DNA of 64,000 nucleotides from Nitrospirota bacterium. GTDB lineage: Bacteria; Nitrospirota; UBA9217. A program made the translations under genes and the position numbers. This document shows, piece after piece, positions 45,649 to 56,595 of this stretch; within the stretch, counting starts at the first letter, position 1, and the number at the start of each line of letters is the position of its first letter. The DNA lies in contig CAVWHO010000015.1 of assembly GCA_963754875.1 (NCBI GenBank), forward strand, positions 32,001-96,000, given 5' to 3'. The notes beneath the pieces are model-generated. The model was not told the origin of the DNA, did not search any database, and saw only the letters and a list, made by a program, of their open reading frames with translations.

Positions 45649-48576
45649 GTGAGCGCCCCGCTGCCTTCCCCTTCCAACGCAGAAACGCAGGACATGCGGC
45701 CCCTCCGCAGCATCATTGAATCAGGCGAAGCATGGCTCGTGAACCGCATCCTCAACTACGCGAAACAGAGGGACTATGTAAAGTATACCTCCACGCTTGT
45801 CGAAGCTTGGCGAGCATCCATTGCGGGTTTATCTTCCGCACTCCTCCAGATCATCGATGCCGGCGCCGTATGCCCGGAGCCCGGTCCCGACGAGGACTTT
45901 ACGAAAGACCCGCCGGCCTTGTTCGGCATTATCGAGGCGCAAAAGCACCGCTCCCGCGGGGGCGCCATCGGCATGTTCCTCGGCCTGATGAAGTATTACC
46001 GTCAGAGCTATCTTGACCTGGTACGTCAGGCGGAACTGGACCAGGAGAAAAAGAACGACTATGCGGTGTTTATCGGCCGCTGCTTTGACCGCATCGAACT
46101 CGGTTATGCCTCGGCATGGTGCACCCAAACGAACAATGAGACCGTGACCGATCTGCGGGCCGCCAACCATTCGCTCACCCATGAAAAGAACCTTTACTTA
46201 GCCCTGTTCGAAAGCATGCCCGATCCCGCCATTCTGTTCAATGAGAGGCACGAGCTGATCAGCGCCAATCACGCTGCCATGCAATTGCTTTCGGCAGATG
46301 CGGCTTCCGGCGAAACATATTACGGACCGGCGTCGGATCTTCCACTCGCCTTTCCCGCATGGGTGAATGCGCTGCCGGACCGGCTGTCTCCGGAAACCGG
46401 GGAATCCAGTTTTACGAAGCGGATCAATAGCGCCGGTGGTGTTCTTTTTTTTGAAATCCGCCTTAGGCGCATACTCGACGTCAGCGGCAAGTTCTCCGGC
46501 TTGATGGCGGTCCTGAAGGACATTACCTTGCGTGAACAGACGCAGGAAGCGCTGGGAAAATCAGAGGAGGCATTTCGCGCCCTCTTTGAGAGCTCCCGTG
46601 ACGCGATCATGCTTCTGGACCGGAAAGGGTTCTTTGACTGCAACAAAACGACCCTCGATCTTTTCGGATGCACGACGAAAGAGCAATTTGTATCCAAACA
46701 GCCGAGCGACCTGTCTCCGCCCCTGCAGCCCGACGGTCGGGAATCCCTTGCTGTAGCCCAAGAACGCATCGAAGCCGCGTATGCCGAGGGCGTCCAGTTT
46801 TTCGAATGGATACACCAACGTATGGATGGTTCGACGTTTCCCGCGGAAGTGCTCCTCAGCCGTTTTGACCTCGGTGAAAAAACCGTATTACAGGCAGTCG
46901 TCCGCGACATCTCCGCGCGAAAAAAAGCGGGAAAAACTCTCCGTGACGGCCAGCACGCCCTCCAGCAGAAGTATGCGGAACTGAATCGCGTGTTTACCCT
47001 TGTTGAGACAGCCAAGCGCGAATGGGAACGGACCATGGACTGCGTTGACGACATGGTGCTTCTCGCGGACTCGGGTGGAAGGATCAGGCGTTGCAACAAG
47101 GCATTGGCGCAATTCATCGGCAGACCGTACGATAAAATTCTCGGAGAAGACTGGACATCGCTGCTCAACGAACACGAAATCGAAGTTGAAAAGCAATTTG
47201 AAAAAAACGGCGACGTCTTTCATAAACCGTCGGACCGGTGGTTCACCGTGAATTCGTATCCCGTCACCGGCATCAGCGCCGACGCCGGCGCGGGCTTTGT
47301 CGTTACGTTTCATGATTTTACGGCGCGAAAAAAAATGACCCATACCCTCGAACAGAAAAATCGGGAGATCGAGGAACATCGGCAAGCCCTCCAATCGGCG
47401 CTCAATGAACTTTCAAACCTGATCCAGCAGGCAGAGAGCGAACAGACGTTCGCGGTCCGGTTCAAAAATCCGCATCTCGCCACCTGTCATGAAATGACGT
47501 CCTGTACCGAGGAAGCATGCCTGTGTCACGGAAAAGAGGCGATGCGGTGCTGGCAGATCGCCGGGACCCATTGCGGCGGGAAGGTCCAGACCGCCGGTGC
47601 ACAGAAGCTCAGCAACTGCAGCAACTGCACGGTATTTAAGGCAGCAACCGCAAATCCCATTTACCAGATTGGCGAGCACTTTAACAACATGATGCACATT
47701 CTCGACCTCAAGAACAGGGAGCTCCGAAACGCCTATTCGGAGCTGCAGACGACGCAGGCAAAGATCGTTCAGCAGGAAAAAATGGCGTCCATCGGCCAGC
47801 TTGCCGCGGGTGTGGCGCACGAGATCAACAATCCCATGGGGTTCATCTTGAGCAACCTGGGGACACTCGACAAATATCTGTCACGGCTCATCGAATATTC
47901 GAGCGTCCTTGCCGGTGTTGCCTCGGGGCTGCACGACATCGCCGTCGACGAACGTCTTGCAGCGGAACGCAAGCGGCTTAAGATCGGCATCATCATGGAT
48001 GACGCGAAGAAACTGGTTGCCGAGTCTCTGGACGGCGCAGAACGGGTCAAAGTCATCGTTCAGAACCTCAAGAGCTTCTCACGCGTAGACCAGGGCCAGG
48101 CCATCAGCGCCGACGTCAACGAGTGCATCGAGACGACGCTCAATATCGTCTGGAACGAACTGAAGTACAAGGCCGCGGTCAATAAGGAATACGGCGTGCT
48201 GCCGCGCATCTGGTGCTACCCGCAGCAGCTCAACCAGGTGTTCATGAACCTGCTCGTGAACGCGGCCCATGCCATCGACCGGCAGGGCGTCATCACGATC
48301 CGCACCTGGGTGGACGCGGGAAGCATCTTTGCTTCCATAGCCGATACGGGCTGCGGCATACCGCCGAAAAACCTGACAAGGATTTTCGAGCCATTTTTCA
48401 CTACGAAAGAGGTCGGCAAAGGCACGGGCCTCGGTCTCTCAATAACCTACGACATCATCAAAAAGCACAATGGCGTTATCAACGTGCAGAGCGACCCGGG
48501 CAAGGGAACGGTATTTACGATCGAACTCCCGATTAAGACCGCGTATGCTCCCGTTGCAAAGGAGAGCGTCGTATGA
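45649..48576 (+). CDS. Soluble histidine kinase: helical N-domain, 3 PAS, 8-Cys insert, HisKA-HATPase
   Basis: [51 protein letters not shown]...[11 protein letters not shown]...CSNC. Confidence 0.92.
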   Translation: MSAPLPSPSNAETQDMRPLRSIIESGEAWLVNRILNYAKQRDYVKYTSTLVEAWRASIAGLSSALLQIIDAGAVCPEPGPDEDFTKDPPALFGIIEAQKHRSRGGAIGMFLGLMKYYRQSYLDLVRQAELDQEKKNDYAVFIGRCFDRIELGYASAWCTQTNNETVTDLRAANHSLTHEKNLYLALFESMPDPAILFNERHELISANHAAMQLLSADAASGETYYGPASDLPLAFPAWVNALPDRLSPETGESSFTKRINSAGGVLFFEIRLRRILDVSGKFSGLMAVLKDITLREQTQEALGKSEEAFRALFESSRDAIMLLDRKGFFDCNKTTLDLFGCTTKEQFVSKQPSDLSPPLQPDGRESLAVAQERIEAAYAEGVQFFEWIHQRMDGSTFPAEVLLSRFDLGEKTVLQAVVRDISARKKAGKTLRDGQHALQQKYAELNRVFTLVETAKREWERTMDCVDDMVLLADSGGRIRRCNKALAQFIGRPYDKILGEDWTSLLNEHEIEVEKQFEKNGDVFHKPSDRWFTVNSYPVTGISADAGAGFVVTFHDFTARKKMTHTLEQKNREIEEHRQALQSALNELSNLIQQAESEQTFAVRFKNPHLATCHEMTSCTEEACLCHGKEAMRCWQIAGTHCGGKVQTAGAQKLSNCSNCTVFKAATANPIYQIGEHFNNMMHILDLKNRELRNAYSELQTTQAKIVQQEKMASIGQLAAGVAHEINNPMGFILSNLGTLDKYLSRLIEYSSVLAGVASGLHDIAVDERLAAERKRLKIGIIMDDAKKLVAESLDGAERVKVIVQNLKSFSRVDQGQAISADVNECIETTLNIVWNELKYKAAVNKEYGVLPRIWCYPQQLNQVFMNLLVNAAHAIDRQGVITIRTWVDAGSIFASIADTGCGIPPKNLTRIFEPFFTTKEVGKGTGLGLSITYDIIKKHNGVINVQSDPGKGTVFTIELPIKTAYAPVAKESVV

Positions 48577-48775
48577 CCCGCAGCATACTGTTCGTTGATG
48601 ACGAACCGGGCGCGCTCGCCTCGCTGCAGCGGACCTTTCTGATCGTCCCTATCGCAAAGGACTGCCGCGCGAAGCGCGCGTCGCACTCATGCAGGAATTG
48701 AAGGGTTCGCTGCTCGACCCGCGGATTGCAGGCATTTTTTTTCAAATCATCGGCCGACAAAAGGAGGCGCCATGA
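48573..48775 (+). pseudogene. Internally deleted REC-HD-GYP gene
   Basis: [22 protein letters not shown] joined out of frame to SDRPYRKGL...GSLLDPRI...stop; ATGA overlaps at both ends are retained. Confidence 0.7.
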
Positions 48776-49266
48776 CGGAGCCCGTCACGTTGCTGTTCGT
48801 GGACGACGAGATCAACATCCTCCGGTCCGTGGAGCGGATGTTTCTTGACGAGAACTATCATATTGTGACCGCGGGGTCCGGCGCGGAGGCCCTCCGGATC
48901 CTCGAGTCTGGGTCGCCGGTCCACGTAGTTGTTTCCGACTACCGGATGCCGGGCATGAACGGCGTGGAGCTGCTGCGGACAATCCACCACCGGTGGCCGG
49001 ACACGGTGAGGATCGTGTTGTCCGGCTATTCGGACACCGCCGCAGTCGTGTCCGCGATCAACGAAGGGGGAATATTCAAGTTCATCGCAAAACCCTGGAA
49101 CGAGGACGACCTGAAAATCACCATTGCGAACGCGGCCACGCTGTATTTTCTCCAGAAGAGGGTCTCGGAGCTGGTGCGGGAAGTGAAGGACAAGAACGAG
49201 CTTATCGCGCGGCTCCAGGACCAGTTGCACGCCGCGGCAACGCAGCACGGAGGGGGAGCGTCATGA
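48772..49266 (+). CDS. Response regulator receiver plus coiled coil
   Basis: LFVDDE, SDYRMP, LSGY, FIAKPW. Confidence 0.9.
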   Translation: MTEPVTLLFVDDEINILRSVERMFLDENYHIVTAGSGAEALRILESGSPVHVVVSDYRMPGMNGVELLRTIHHRWPDTVRIVLSGYSDTAAVVSAINEGGIFKFIAKPWNEDDLKITIANAATLYFLQKRVSELVREVKDKNELIARLQDQLHAAATQHGGGAS

Positions 49267-50576
49267 ACACGGGCGTCCGGCCAGTCCAGGTCCTGTTCGT
49301 GGACGACGAAGAGAACATTCTCAATGCGGTCAAGCGGCTGCTCATGGACGAGCCTTGCGAGATCGTTACCGCGAATTCCGGGGCGGCGGGCCTCGACGTT
49401 CTGAGGAAGAACCCGGGGATCGGGGTCATTGTTTCCGACCAGCGCATGCCCGGCATGTCGGGGGCCGAATTCCTCGAGAAAAGCCAGGGGCCCAATCCGC
49501 ATGCAACGCGTCTTATCTTGACGGGGTACGCGGACATTACGGCCGCCGTGGACGCCATCAACAGGGGCGGCGCGTGGAAATACCTGGCAAAGCCTTGGAA
49601 GGACGACGAACTTGTGCAGACCATCAGGGACGCGGCCGAGCGTTTTACGGTGCTCGGCGAAAACCGGCGGCTGACCGAGATTGTGAACCGGCAGAACGAC
49701 GAACTCAAAAAATGGAATGCCGAACTCGAACTGTACGTCCAGCAGCAGACGCTGGATATCCAGAAAAAGAATAAAGTTCTCGAGGAGCTGAACGAGCGGC
49801 AGCGGAACCGGTTTTCCGAAAGCATCCAGGCTTTGGCGGGGCTGATCGAACTTCGTGATAAGGGGATGCTGAACCATTCCCGCAACGTGGCGAAACTGGC
49901 CGGGCGGCTTGCGGCTGACCTGAAGCTGTCGGCCCAGGAGAGCGAAACCATCACTACGGCGGCCATGCTGCACGACATCGGCAAACTCGGCATCGCCGAT
50001 GTGATCCTTGCCCGTGATGAGGCCGATCTGTCTGGCGATGAGCAGAAGGAATACATGGCACACGGTGTGCGCGGCCAGACCGCGTTGGACGCGGTGGAGG
50101 GCCTTCGCGGCGCGGGACTCCTCATCCGGCACCATCACGAGGCGTTCAACGGCGCCGGTTTTCCCGACGGACTGAAAGGAGAAGCCATTCCGCTCGGCGC
50201 AAGGATCATTGCTGCCGCCGATTACGTGGACCGGGCGATCGCCAAATCGCCGTCGGGTAACGCCGTGGAGTCCGCACTTTCACTCCTGCGGGGGGAGGTC
50301 GGCAGGCGGCTCGATCCGCAGCTTGCGCCGCTTGTCGCAACTGCCGCCCGGGAGCTTTTTGCCGAGCTCTCCCTGCCTGGGGAAACCAGAGAATTGGAAC
50401 TGCTGCCCACGGACCTGAAAGAAGGCATGGTCATTTCGCGCAACCTGCTGAGCGGCACCGGCGTGCTGATCCTGGGAAAAGGCATCACGCTGACGAAAAA
50501 GAACCTTGCGTCCCTGGTCCGCTATTTTCACAACGATCCGCCCAAGGGCGGTGTATTCGTCAACATCAAGAGGTGA
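49263..50576 (+). CDS. REC-HD-GYP-like phosphodiesterase with C-terminal accessory domain
   Basis: LFVDDE, SDQRMP, HSRNV, LHDIGK, HHHEAFNGAGFPDGL; ATG overlaps the upstream stop. Confidence 0.88.
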   Translation: MNTGVRPVQVLFVDDEENILNAVKRLLMDEPCEIVTANSGAAGLDVLRKNPGIGVIVSDQRMPGMSGAEFLEKSQGPNPHATRLILTGYADITAAVDAINRGGAWKYLAKPWKDDELVQTIRDAAERFTVLGENRRLTEIVNRQNDELKKWNAELELYVQQQTLDIQKKNKVLEELNERQRNRFSESIQALAGLIELRDKGMLNHSRNVAKLAGRLAADLKLSAQESETITTAAMLHDIGKLGIADVILARDEADLSGDEQKEYMAHGVRGQTALDAVEGLRGAGLLIRHHHEAFNGAGFPDGLKGEAIPLGARIIAAADYVDRAIAKSPSGNAVESALSLLRGEVGRRLDPQLAPLVATAARELFAELSLPGETRELELLPTDLKEGMVISRNLLSGTGVLILGKGITLTKKNLASLVRYFHNDPPKGGVFVNIKR

Positions 50577-50579
50577 GCT

Positions 50580-51053
50580 GTGATAGAGTTCGATGAGCTC
50601 GGAAAACGCATGGTCCCGAAGCTCGTATACTACGGCCCGGCGCTGTCCGGCAAAACCACGAACCTGTTGCAGCTCCATGATCTGCTCGCGAAGCGCGGAC
50701 GCGGTGACCTGATGGTGCACGACACGAAGGACGACCGGGGACGATTTTTTTCGGCATGCAAAGAATCGGACCTCATGGCCAGGGCGGGAGGAATGAAGAC
50801 GCTTCTCGACGACGGCAGTGAGAAGGTTCGCGGCGGCGAAACGACCTTGGAGGAACTTCTTCGGGTGATCGGGCCTCAAACGAAACCGGAGCGGACCTGC
50901 GAGGGATGCGGCAAGGGGGTTGATTCACGGTTTGCTTTTTGCCCCTATTGCAGCATGGCCAAGAGTAATTTTTGCGGAAAGTGCATGATCGTTCTGGATG
51001 AGGACTGGCCCGTCTGTCCGTCCTGCGGCATGCCGAAGGGAGGGGTGCGATAG
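50580..51053 (+). pseudogene. In-frame chimera: MglA-like GTPase N-terminus fused to a PilB/GspE C-terminus and double zinc ribbon
   Basis: KLVYYGPALSGKTTNL...T.DDR, then GMKTLLDDG..KV..G.TTLEE.LRV, then four CxxC. Confidence 0.7.
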
Positions 51054-51193
51054 CTGATTGCTGCTTGTTTGGCAGGGAACGATTGAAGCTTTTTTTTGGA
51101 AAGCCTGCATCCAGCGGGCCCGGCGTTTCACCCATCGCGTCACGCGGCCTTACTTACCATTCGCACTGCATTGGTCCTTTCTTTACCCGGGTT

Positions 51194-51871
51194 TTATTTC
51201 TTATCAGCCCGCGGTTCGCACGCCGTATGGCGGATGACCTTCCCCTTGACCATATACACGACCATTTCCGCGATATTGGTGGCATGGTCGGCAATCCGCT
51301 CCAGATACTTCGTAATGTAAGTGAGGCGCACGGCGCGTGAAATATTTTGGGGGTCTTTGAGCATATACACAAGCAGTTCGTTGAAGATCTGACGGTTCAG
51401 ATTGTCGACAAAATCATCGGCCGCGCATACGCTGACCGCAAGATCGGCATCGCCGGCTACGAATGCGTCAAGGCTGTCCTTGAGCATTTTCTGGGAAGCC
51501 TCGGCCATGCGCGGAAGGTCGATATAGGGTTTGAGCGGGGGCTCCTCGTTCAGTTCTATGGCCCGCTCGCAGATGTCGACGGCGAGATCTCCCATACGCT
51601 CGAGGTCGGTGATGATCTTGATGGCGGTGGTAACGAAGCGGAGATTGCTGCCCGTCGGCTGCCAGATGGCGATGAAGCGGATGCATTCTTCCTCGATTTC
51701 GACGTCATAGTTATTGACTACGGCGTCGCCGTCTAAGACCTCTTGCGCCGCGCTTCTGTCCCGCTCGACCAGGGCTTTGACGGACTTCCTGATGGACTCT
51801 TCGACAAGGCCGCCCATAGCGAGCACTCGTTCCTTGAGAGTTTCGAGATCCTGTTCTTTCTGTATGGCCAT
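51194..51871 (-). CDS. phoU: Phosphate signalling protein PhoU
   Basis: QPTGSNLR, TDLERMGD, DD.VD, LERIADHATNIAE. Confidence 0.96.
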   Translation of the reverse strand: MAIQKEQDLETLKERVLAMGGLVEESIRKSVKALVERDRSAAQEVLDGDAVVNNYDVEIEEECIRFIAIWQPTGSNLRFVTTAIKIITDLERMGDLAVDICERAIELNEEPPLKPYIDLPRMAEASQKMLKDSLDAFVAGDADLAVSVCAADDFVDNLNRQIFNELLVYMLKDPQNISRAVRLTYITKYLERIADHATNIAEMVVYMVKGKVIRHTACEPRADKK

Positions 51872-51954
51872 GGCAACTCCTTATGATGGTTCAACATGCA
51901 ATATTCACTACAGAATCAATTCCACACTCCGCATTTCCACATTCCGAATTCTCA

Positions 51955-52719
51955 TCATCCAAACCGTCCGGTAATGTAATCGTCGGTCTGCTTATTGTCC
52001 GGATTGGTGAAAATTTTCTCCGTGGTACCGTATTCGATGAGCTCGCCCATGTACAGAAACCCCGTCATGTCCGACACCCGCGCCGCCTGTTGCATATTAT
52101 GGGTGACGATGATGATCGTAACGTCCTTTTTCAGGGACACGACGAGTTCCTCGATCTTGGCCGTCGAAATAGGGTCCAACGCCGAAGTGGGCTCGTCAAA
52201 GAGGAGGACCTCGGGCGAAACGGCCAGGGCCCGCGCAATGACGAGCCGCTGCTGCTGTCCGCCCGATAGCTCATAGGCGCTCTCGTTCAATTTGTCCCTG
52301 ACTTCCGTCCAAAGCGCGGCGTGTTTGAGCGCTTCCTCGACACGTCCTACGAGTTCGGATCTATTCCTGATGCCTTTCAGCCTGAGGCCGTATGCTATGT
52401 TTTCAGCAATGCTCATCGGAAAGGGCGTCGGTTTCTGGAATACCATGCCGATGCGACTGCGAAGGTTGATAAGATCTACGTCGTTTGCCAGGATATTTTT
52501 CTCCTGGAAATGGATCTCCCCCTCATACCGGTGTTTCGGGTACAAGTCGTGCATCCGGTTGAAACAACGAAGCAGCGTGGTCTTGCCGCACCCGGAAGGA
52601 CCGATCAGGGCCGTCACCTTGTTCTTATAGACCGGCAGCGATATGCCCTGGAGAGCTTGGGCGTCTCCGTTGTAGTAAAAATCGAGGTTTTTGACCTCGA
52701 TCTCGATCGTCACAGTCAC
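51955..52719 (-). CDS. pstB: Phosphate ABC transporter ATPase
   Basis: [40 protein letters not shown]. Confidence 0.97.
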   Translation of the reverse strand: MTVTIEIEVKNLDFYYNGDAQALQGISLPVYKNKVTALIGPSGCGKTTLLRCFNRMHDLYPKHRYEGEIHFQEKNILANDVDLINLRSRIGMVFQKPTPFPMSIAENIAYGLRLKGIRNRSELVGRVEEALKHAALWTEVRDKLNESAYELSGGQQQRLVIARALAVSPEVLLFDEPTSALDPISTAKIEELVVSLKKDVTIIIVTHNMQQAARVSDMTGFLYMGELIEYGTTEKIFTNPDNKQTDDYITGRFG

Positions 52720-53558
52720 CGCTTATACCTCCACTTTAATATAAGTCTTCCGGCAATGGTAAGCATAAGGATGAAGAGGGTCACGACTAACGCCGCGCCC
52801 CATGCCTGTTCATGCCAGCTTTTATAGGGCCCCATGGCATACTGAAAAATCGTGACCGTTAGCGATGCAATCGGCCTGTTCATGTCTGCTGAGAAAAAAT
52901 TGTTATTGAACGACGTAAAGAGGAGCGGCGCTGTTTCGCCTGCCACGCGGGCGATGGACAGGAGAATGCCGGTCAGAATGCCTGTGGCGGCCCCGCGGTA
53001 AACGACCTGGATGATCACCTTGTAATAGGGGGCCCCCAGCGCAAAGGCGGCTTCCCGCAGCGTCCAGGGCACCAGCGACAGCATGTCCTCCGTTGTTCGG
53101 AGGACCACCGGGATCATGATGATCGAAAGGGCAAACGCCCCTGCCCAGCCGCTGAAATGATGGAGCGGTCTGACAAGAATCGCATAAACGAAAGCACCGA
53201 CAACAATGGATGGAACGCTGACCATAATGTCGGAAATAACGCTGATGATCCTCGCGATCTTCTTTCCCCGCGCATACTCGGCCAGGAACGTCCCTCCCAG
53301 GACGCCGACGGGCACTCCGATCAGGGTGGCGGCCAGGGTGATCATCAACTGCCCGATGAAAGCGTTTCTGAGGCCGCCGCCTGCGTCTCCCGCGGGAGCC
53401 GGGTCGTTAAAGAACAGGCTGAGGTGCAGAGCACCTAGGCCATGGATGAGAACGTCGCTCAGAATATAGATAAGCCAGAAAAGACCTACCGCGGCGGCAA
53501 GGCCGGACAGCGTGAGCGCGATGAAGCTTTCTATTTTTCTTTTTTTCTCGATGTTCAT
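52716..53558 (-). CDS. pstA: Phosphate ABC transporter permease
   Basis: [28 protein letters not shown]. Confidence 0.95.
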   Translation of the reverse strand: MNIEKKRKIESFIALTLSGLAAAVGLFWLIYILSDVLIHGLGALHLSLFFNDPAPAGDAGGGLRNAFIGQLMITLAATLIGVPVGVLGGTFLAEYARGKKIARIISVISDIMVSVPSIVVGAFVYAILVRPLHHFSGWAGAFALSIIMIPVVLRTTEDMLSLVPWTLREAAFALGAPYYKVIIQVVYRGAATGILTGILLSIARVAGETAPLLFTSFNNNFFSADMNRPIASLTVTIFQYAMGPYKSWHEQAWGAALVVTLFILMLTIAGRLILKWRYKR

Positions 53559-54517
53559 CTCGAATACTTCCTCTCTGCTTTCAGAAGAAAGAATTTCGCA
53601 ATTGCTAGGATGATAAAGCTCATCACGAACAATACGAGTGCGAGATAATAGAGAGAGGAAAGATAGAGTGCGCTGTCCGCTTCTGTGAATTCGTTCGCAA
53701 GGCTGACAGTTATCGTCGAAGCCGCATCCAGGAGCGACGTGGCGATCTTGTGATTATTTCCGAGAACGAAGGCAACGGCCATGGTCTCGCCCAGGGCCCG
53801 GCCGAGCGACAGCGCCGCCCCGCCGAAGACGCCCAGTTTTGAATAGGGAAGCACCACGTTTTTGACTACCTCCCACTGGGTCGCCCCGATGGCATAGGCC
53901 GATTCCTTGACCACGGCAGGGGTCAGGTTGAACGAATCGCGCGCAATGCTTGCCGTAAAGGGAATGATCATGATGGCGAGGATCACGCTCGCGGTCAGTA
54001 AATCGATGCCCATGGGGGTGCCCTTAAACAGGATGCCGATGACGGGCGCCCTGCCGAGAGTGTTCTGGAGCGCTGGTTCGATATATTTCGACATGATTGG
54101 AGCGAGGGTGAACAACCCCCACATACCGTAAATGATGCTCGGGATCGCGGCCAGAAGCTCGATGGCGACGCCGATCGGGCCTTTCAGAAAATTGGGCGCG
54201 ATTTCTGTTACGAAGATTGCAATGCCGAGGGCGGTGGGTATGGCGAAAATAAGTGCGAGCGCCGTGGTGACAAAGGTGCCGTAAATCGTGGTTGCTGCGC
54301 CGAAGACGCCGGTAACGGGGTTCCAGACCGTCGAGAAGAGAAAATCCACGAGACCGAATTTGCCTATGGCGAGCGATGATTCCTTGACGAGTACAATAAT
54401 GATGCCGACGATGAAGAAGATGACAGTGAAGGATGCTACGGCGGTAAGAGACAGAAAGATCAGCTCGGGAATTTTTTTCTGGGGAGATATGGCCAATGCA
54501 GGAACCTTTCTGTTCAA
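53555..54517 (-). CDS. pstC: Phosphate ABC transporter permease
   Basis: ELLAAIPSIIYGMWG, GRALGETMAV, ANEFTEA. Confidence 0.95.
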   Translation of the reverse strand: MNRKVPALAISPQKKIPELIFLSLTAVASFTVIFFIVGIIIVLVKESSLAIGKFGLVDFLFSTVWNPVTGVFGAATTIYGTFVTTALALIFAIPTALGIAIFVTEIAPNFLKGPIGVAIELLAAIPSIIYGMWGLFTLAPIMSKYIEPALQNTLGRAPVIGILFKGTPMGIDLLTASVILAIMIIPFTASIARDSFNLTPAVVKESAYAIGATQWEVVKNVVLPYSKLGVFGGAALSLGRALGETMAVAFVLGNNHKIATSLLDAASTITVSLANEFTEADSALYLSSLYYLALVLFVMSFIILAIAKFFLLKAERKYSR

Positions 54518-54528
54518 TCAAAGGATGC

Positions 54529-54572
54529 AAAAAAAACGGGTCAGGTACCAGCACGATATGTACCTGACCCGT
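54529..54572 (-). terminator. Terminator/stabilising hairpin between pstS and pstC
   Basis: 13-bp perfect stem ACGGGTCAGGTAC / GTACCTGACCCGT followed by a T-tract on the minus strand. Confidence 0.8.
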
Positions 54573-54604
54573 AGATATGAACTGCGTACTCTGTACACGA
54601 AAGC

Positions 54605-55618
54605 TTAATAGTTGATGTGGTTTGACTTCCAGTAGGCGCGGATCTTGTCTTTGAGCGATTTCGGGAGCGGAACATAGATGAGATCCTCCGCCTTTTTGTC
54701 GCCGTGGATGAACGCCCAGTTGTAGAACTTGGCCACCTTGGCATTCGAGTCTTTTTTCTCTTTCCCGAGAAGGATGAACGTGGCGCCTGCGATGGGCCAC
54801 GCTTTCTTGCCCGGGGCGTTGTTGAGCCAGAGGTAGAAGTGCTTTTTCGGATCGAAGCTGGCGGATGCGGCCGCGTCCTTGAAGGTATTGAAGCTCGGCT
54901 CCACGAAATTGCCTGCGCTGTTCTTGAGGAGCGTGTAGGTCAGGTTGTTCTGCTGGGCATAGGCAAATTCTACGTAGCCGATAGAGTTCGCCTGCTGCAT
55001 CACGTAGTTGGCCACGCCTTCGTTGCCTTTGCCGCCGATTCCCGCGGGCCAGCTCACTGAGGTGCCGGTGCCGACTTTCTCTTTCCAGGCGGAGCATACA
55101 TCATTCAAATAGCCGGTGAAGATCGCTGTCGTCCCTGACCCGTCGGAGCGGTGAACGACCGTAATGTTGCCGTCCGGGAGGTTGACGCCGGGGTTCATGC
55201 TCTTGAGCTTCGGGTCGTTCCAGTTCGTGATCTCCCCCAGGTACATTTTGCAGACCGCTTCTGAATCGAGCTTCAGCTGTCCGGCCTTCACGCCGGGAAT
55301 GTTCACCACCAGCACGACGCCGCCCATCACGGCCGGGAACTGGAGCAGGTTGTTCTTTTCAAGAAATTCCGGCGTCTGAGGTGCGTCTGATGCGCCGAAG
55401 TCGACGGTTCGCTCGGTGATCTGCTTGATCCCGCCGCCGGAGCCGATGGACTGGTAGTTGAGCTTCACGCCGGTGACCTTGTTGTACTCATTGGCCCATG
55501 CGGAATAAACCGGGTACGGGAAGGTGGCGCCTGCGCCGTTCAGCATCTCTTCCGCCTGCGCCTGATTGATTGACATCATTCCGATTAAGAGTAACGCTAT
55601 TGCTAAAATCCGTTTCAT
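54605..55618 (-). CDS. pstS: Phosphate-binding periplasmic protein
   Basis: Signal peptide; GAGATFPYP, YQSIGSGGG, DFGASDAP, HRSDGSGTT, GKGNEGVA. Confidence 0.97.
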   Translation of the reverse strand: MKRILAIALLLIGMMSINQAQAEEMLNGAGATFPYPVYSAWANEYNKVTGVKLNYQSIGSGGGIKQITERTVDFGASDAPQTPEFLEKNNLLQFPAVMGGVVLVVNIPGVKAGQLKLDSEAVCKMYLGEITNWNDPKLKSMNPGVNLPDGNITVVHRSDGSGTTAIFTGYLNDVCSAWKEKVGTGTSVSWPAGIGGKGNEGVANYVMQQANSIGYVEFAYAQQNNLTYTLLKNSAGNFVEPSFNTFKDAAASASFDPKKHFYLWLNNAPGKKAWPIAGATFILLGKEKKDSNAKVAKFYNWAFIHGDKKAEDLIYVPLPKSLKDKIRAYWKSNHINY

Positions 55619-55666
55619 GTAATTCCTCCTTTTTTCTTTTTGAAGTTGGTACGTTATACCATCGAA

Positions 55667-55707
55667 TTGTTACAGGATTGTTACAACTTGGTTAAGCTTT
55701 TGTTAAA
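55667..55707 (-). promoter_or_regulatory. Pho-box-like array upstream of pstS
   Basis: ttgttaca, ttgttaca, tggttaag, ttgttaaa at 55667, 55678, 55689, 55700 (exact 11-bp period). Confidence 0.8.
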
Positions 55708-55777
55708 TATTTCCGATAGTGGCCTCCTTGCCTACGGTTTTTATTCATCATAACAACGCCTTACAAAGGGGTTGTTG

Positions 55778-56179
55778 TTACAATGGTATGCGCTCTCCTT
55801 CGGAGCAGGATGAACTGAGGTAGTGCGCGACCTTATTGCGCAGGTTCGTAATATCGCCTTTGCATATATATCCCTGGACGCCGCAGGTCGAAACACTTTC
55901 TCTCAGGCTGTCCTCATCATTGGACGAATAGAAAACGATCCGGATATGATTGGTGTCCCTCCTGGATCGCAGCAGCATCGCGAGAGTATCCCCGGCCAGC
56001 ACCGGCATATTGATGTCAAGCAGAACGAGATCGGGCTGGAGCTGACTCACGAGGTTCATTACCCCGTTCCCCTCGCTCTGGGTAACTATCTCGAATCGTT
56101 CATCTTCAAGCAGTGCCTTCGTGACATCGAGAAGCATTTCATCATCGTCAATTACCAGGATTCTCTTTTTGATTCGCAC
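55778..56179 (-). CDS. Single-domain response regulator
   Basis: ILVIDDD, LLDINMP, YSSNDEDSLRE, YICKG. Confidence 0.88.
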   Translation of the reverse strand: MRIKKRILVIDDDEMLLDVTKALLEDERFEIVTQSEGNGVMNLVSQLQPDLVLLDINMPVLAGDTLAMLLRSRRDTNHIRIVFYSSNDEDSLRESVSTCGVQGYICKGDITNLRNKVAHYLSSSCSEGERIPL

Positions 56180-56214
56180 GGATACGCCCTCTTCAACGAG
56201 CCCTTTACGGTTTT

Positions 56215-56595
56215 TTATGCCTGCAATTTGAGATATTGGCTGACCTTGCTTCGCAAGTCGGTGATATTACCCTTGCAGATATACCCCCGCACACCGTGGG
56301 TCTTCACAAGCTCCCTCAAACTGTCTTCATCATTGGACGAATGGAAAACAATAGGGGTCGTCATTGCATCGCAGTAGGGTTTAATGATGGCAGCGAGTTT
56401 ATCGCCGGACAGCGCAGGCATATTGATGTCGAGCAGCACGAGATCGGGTTGCAGTTCCTTTACGCGATTCGTCGCGCCGAGCCAACTCTTATGTGTAATC
56501 ACTTCGATTCGGTCGTCTTGGAGCAGTTCTTTGGTCGTATAGAGATGCAATTCATCATCATCGACTACCAGTACCTTCTTTTTATTCCGCGTCAT
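56215..56595 (-). CDS. Single-domain response regulator (paralog of the neighbour)
   Basis: VLVVDDD, LLDINMP, HSSNDEDSLRE, YICKG. Confidence 0.88.
   Translation of the reverse strand: MTRNKKKVLVVDDDELHLYTTKELLQDDRIEVITHKSWLGATNRVKELQPDLVLLDINMPALSGDKLAAIIKPYCDAMTTPIVFHSSNDEDSLRELVKTHGVRGYICKGNITDLRSKVSQYLKLQA

Noticed and set aside
47485..47635. c-type heme site in the Cys-rich kinase insert
   Set aside because: Contains CLCH and CSNCT, not CxxCH, and the protein is cytoplasmic
48993..49262. N-terminal extension of the 527-aa ORF
   Set aside because: Overlaps the upstream receiver gene; the ATG at 49263 with RBS and ATGA coupling is the better start
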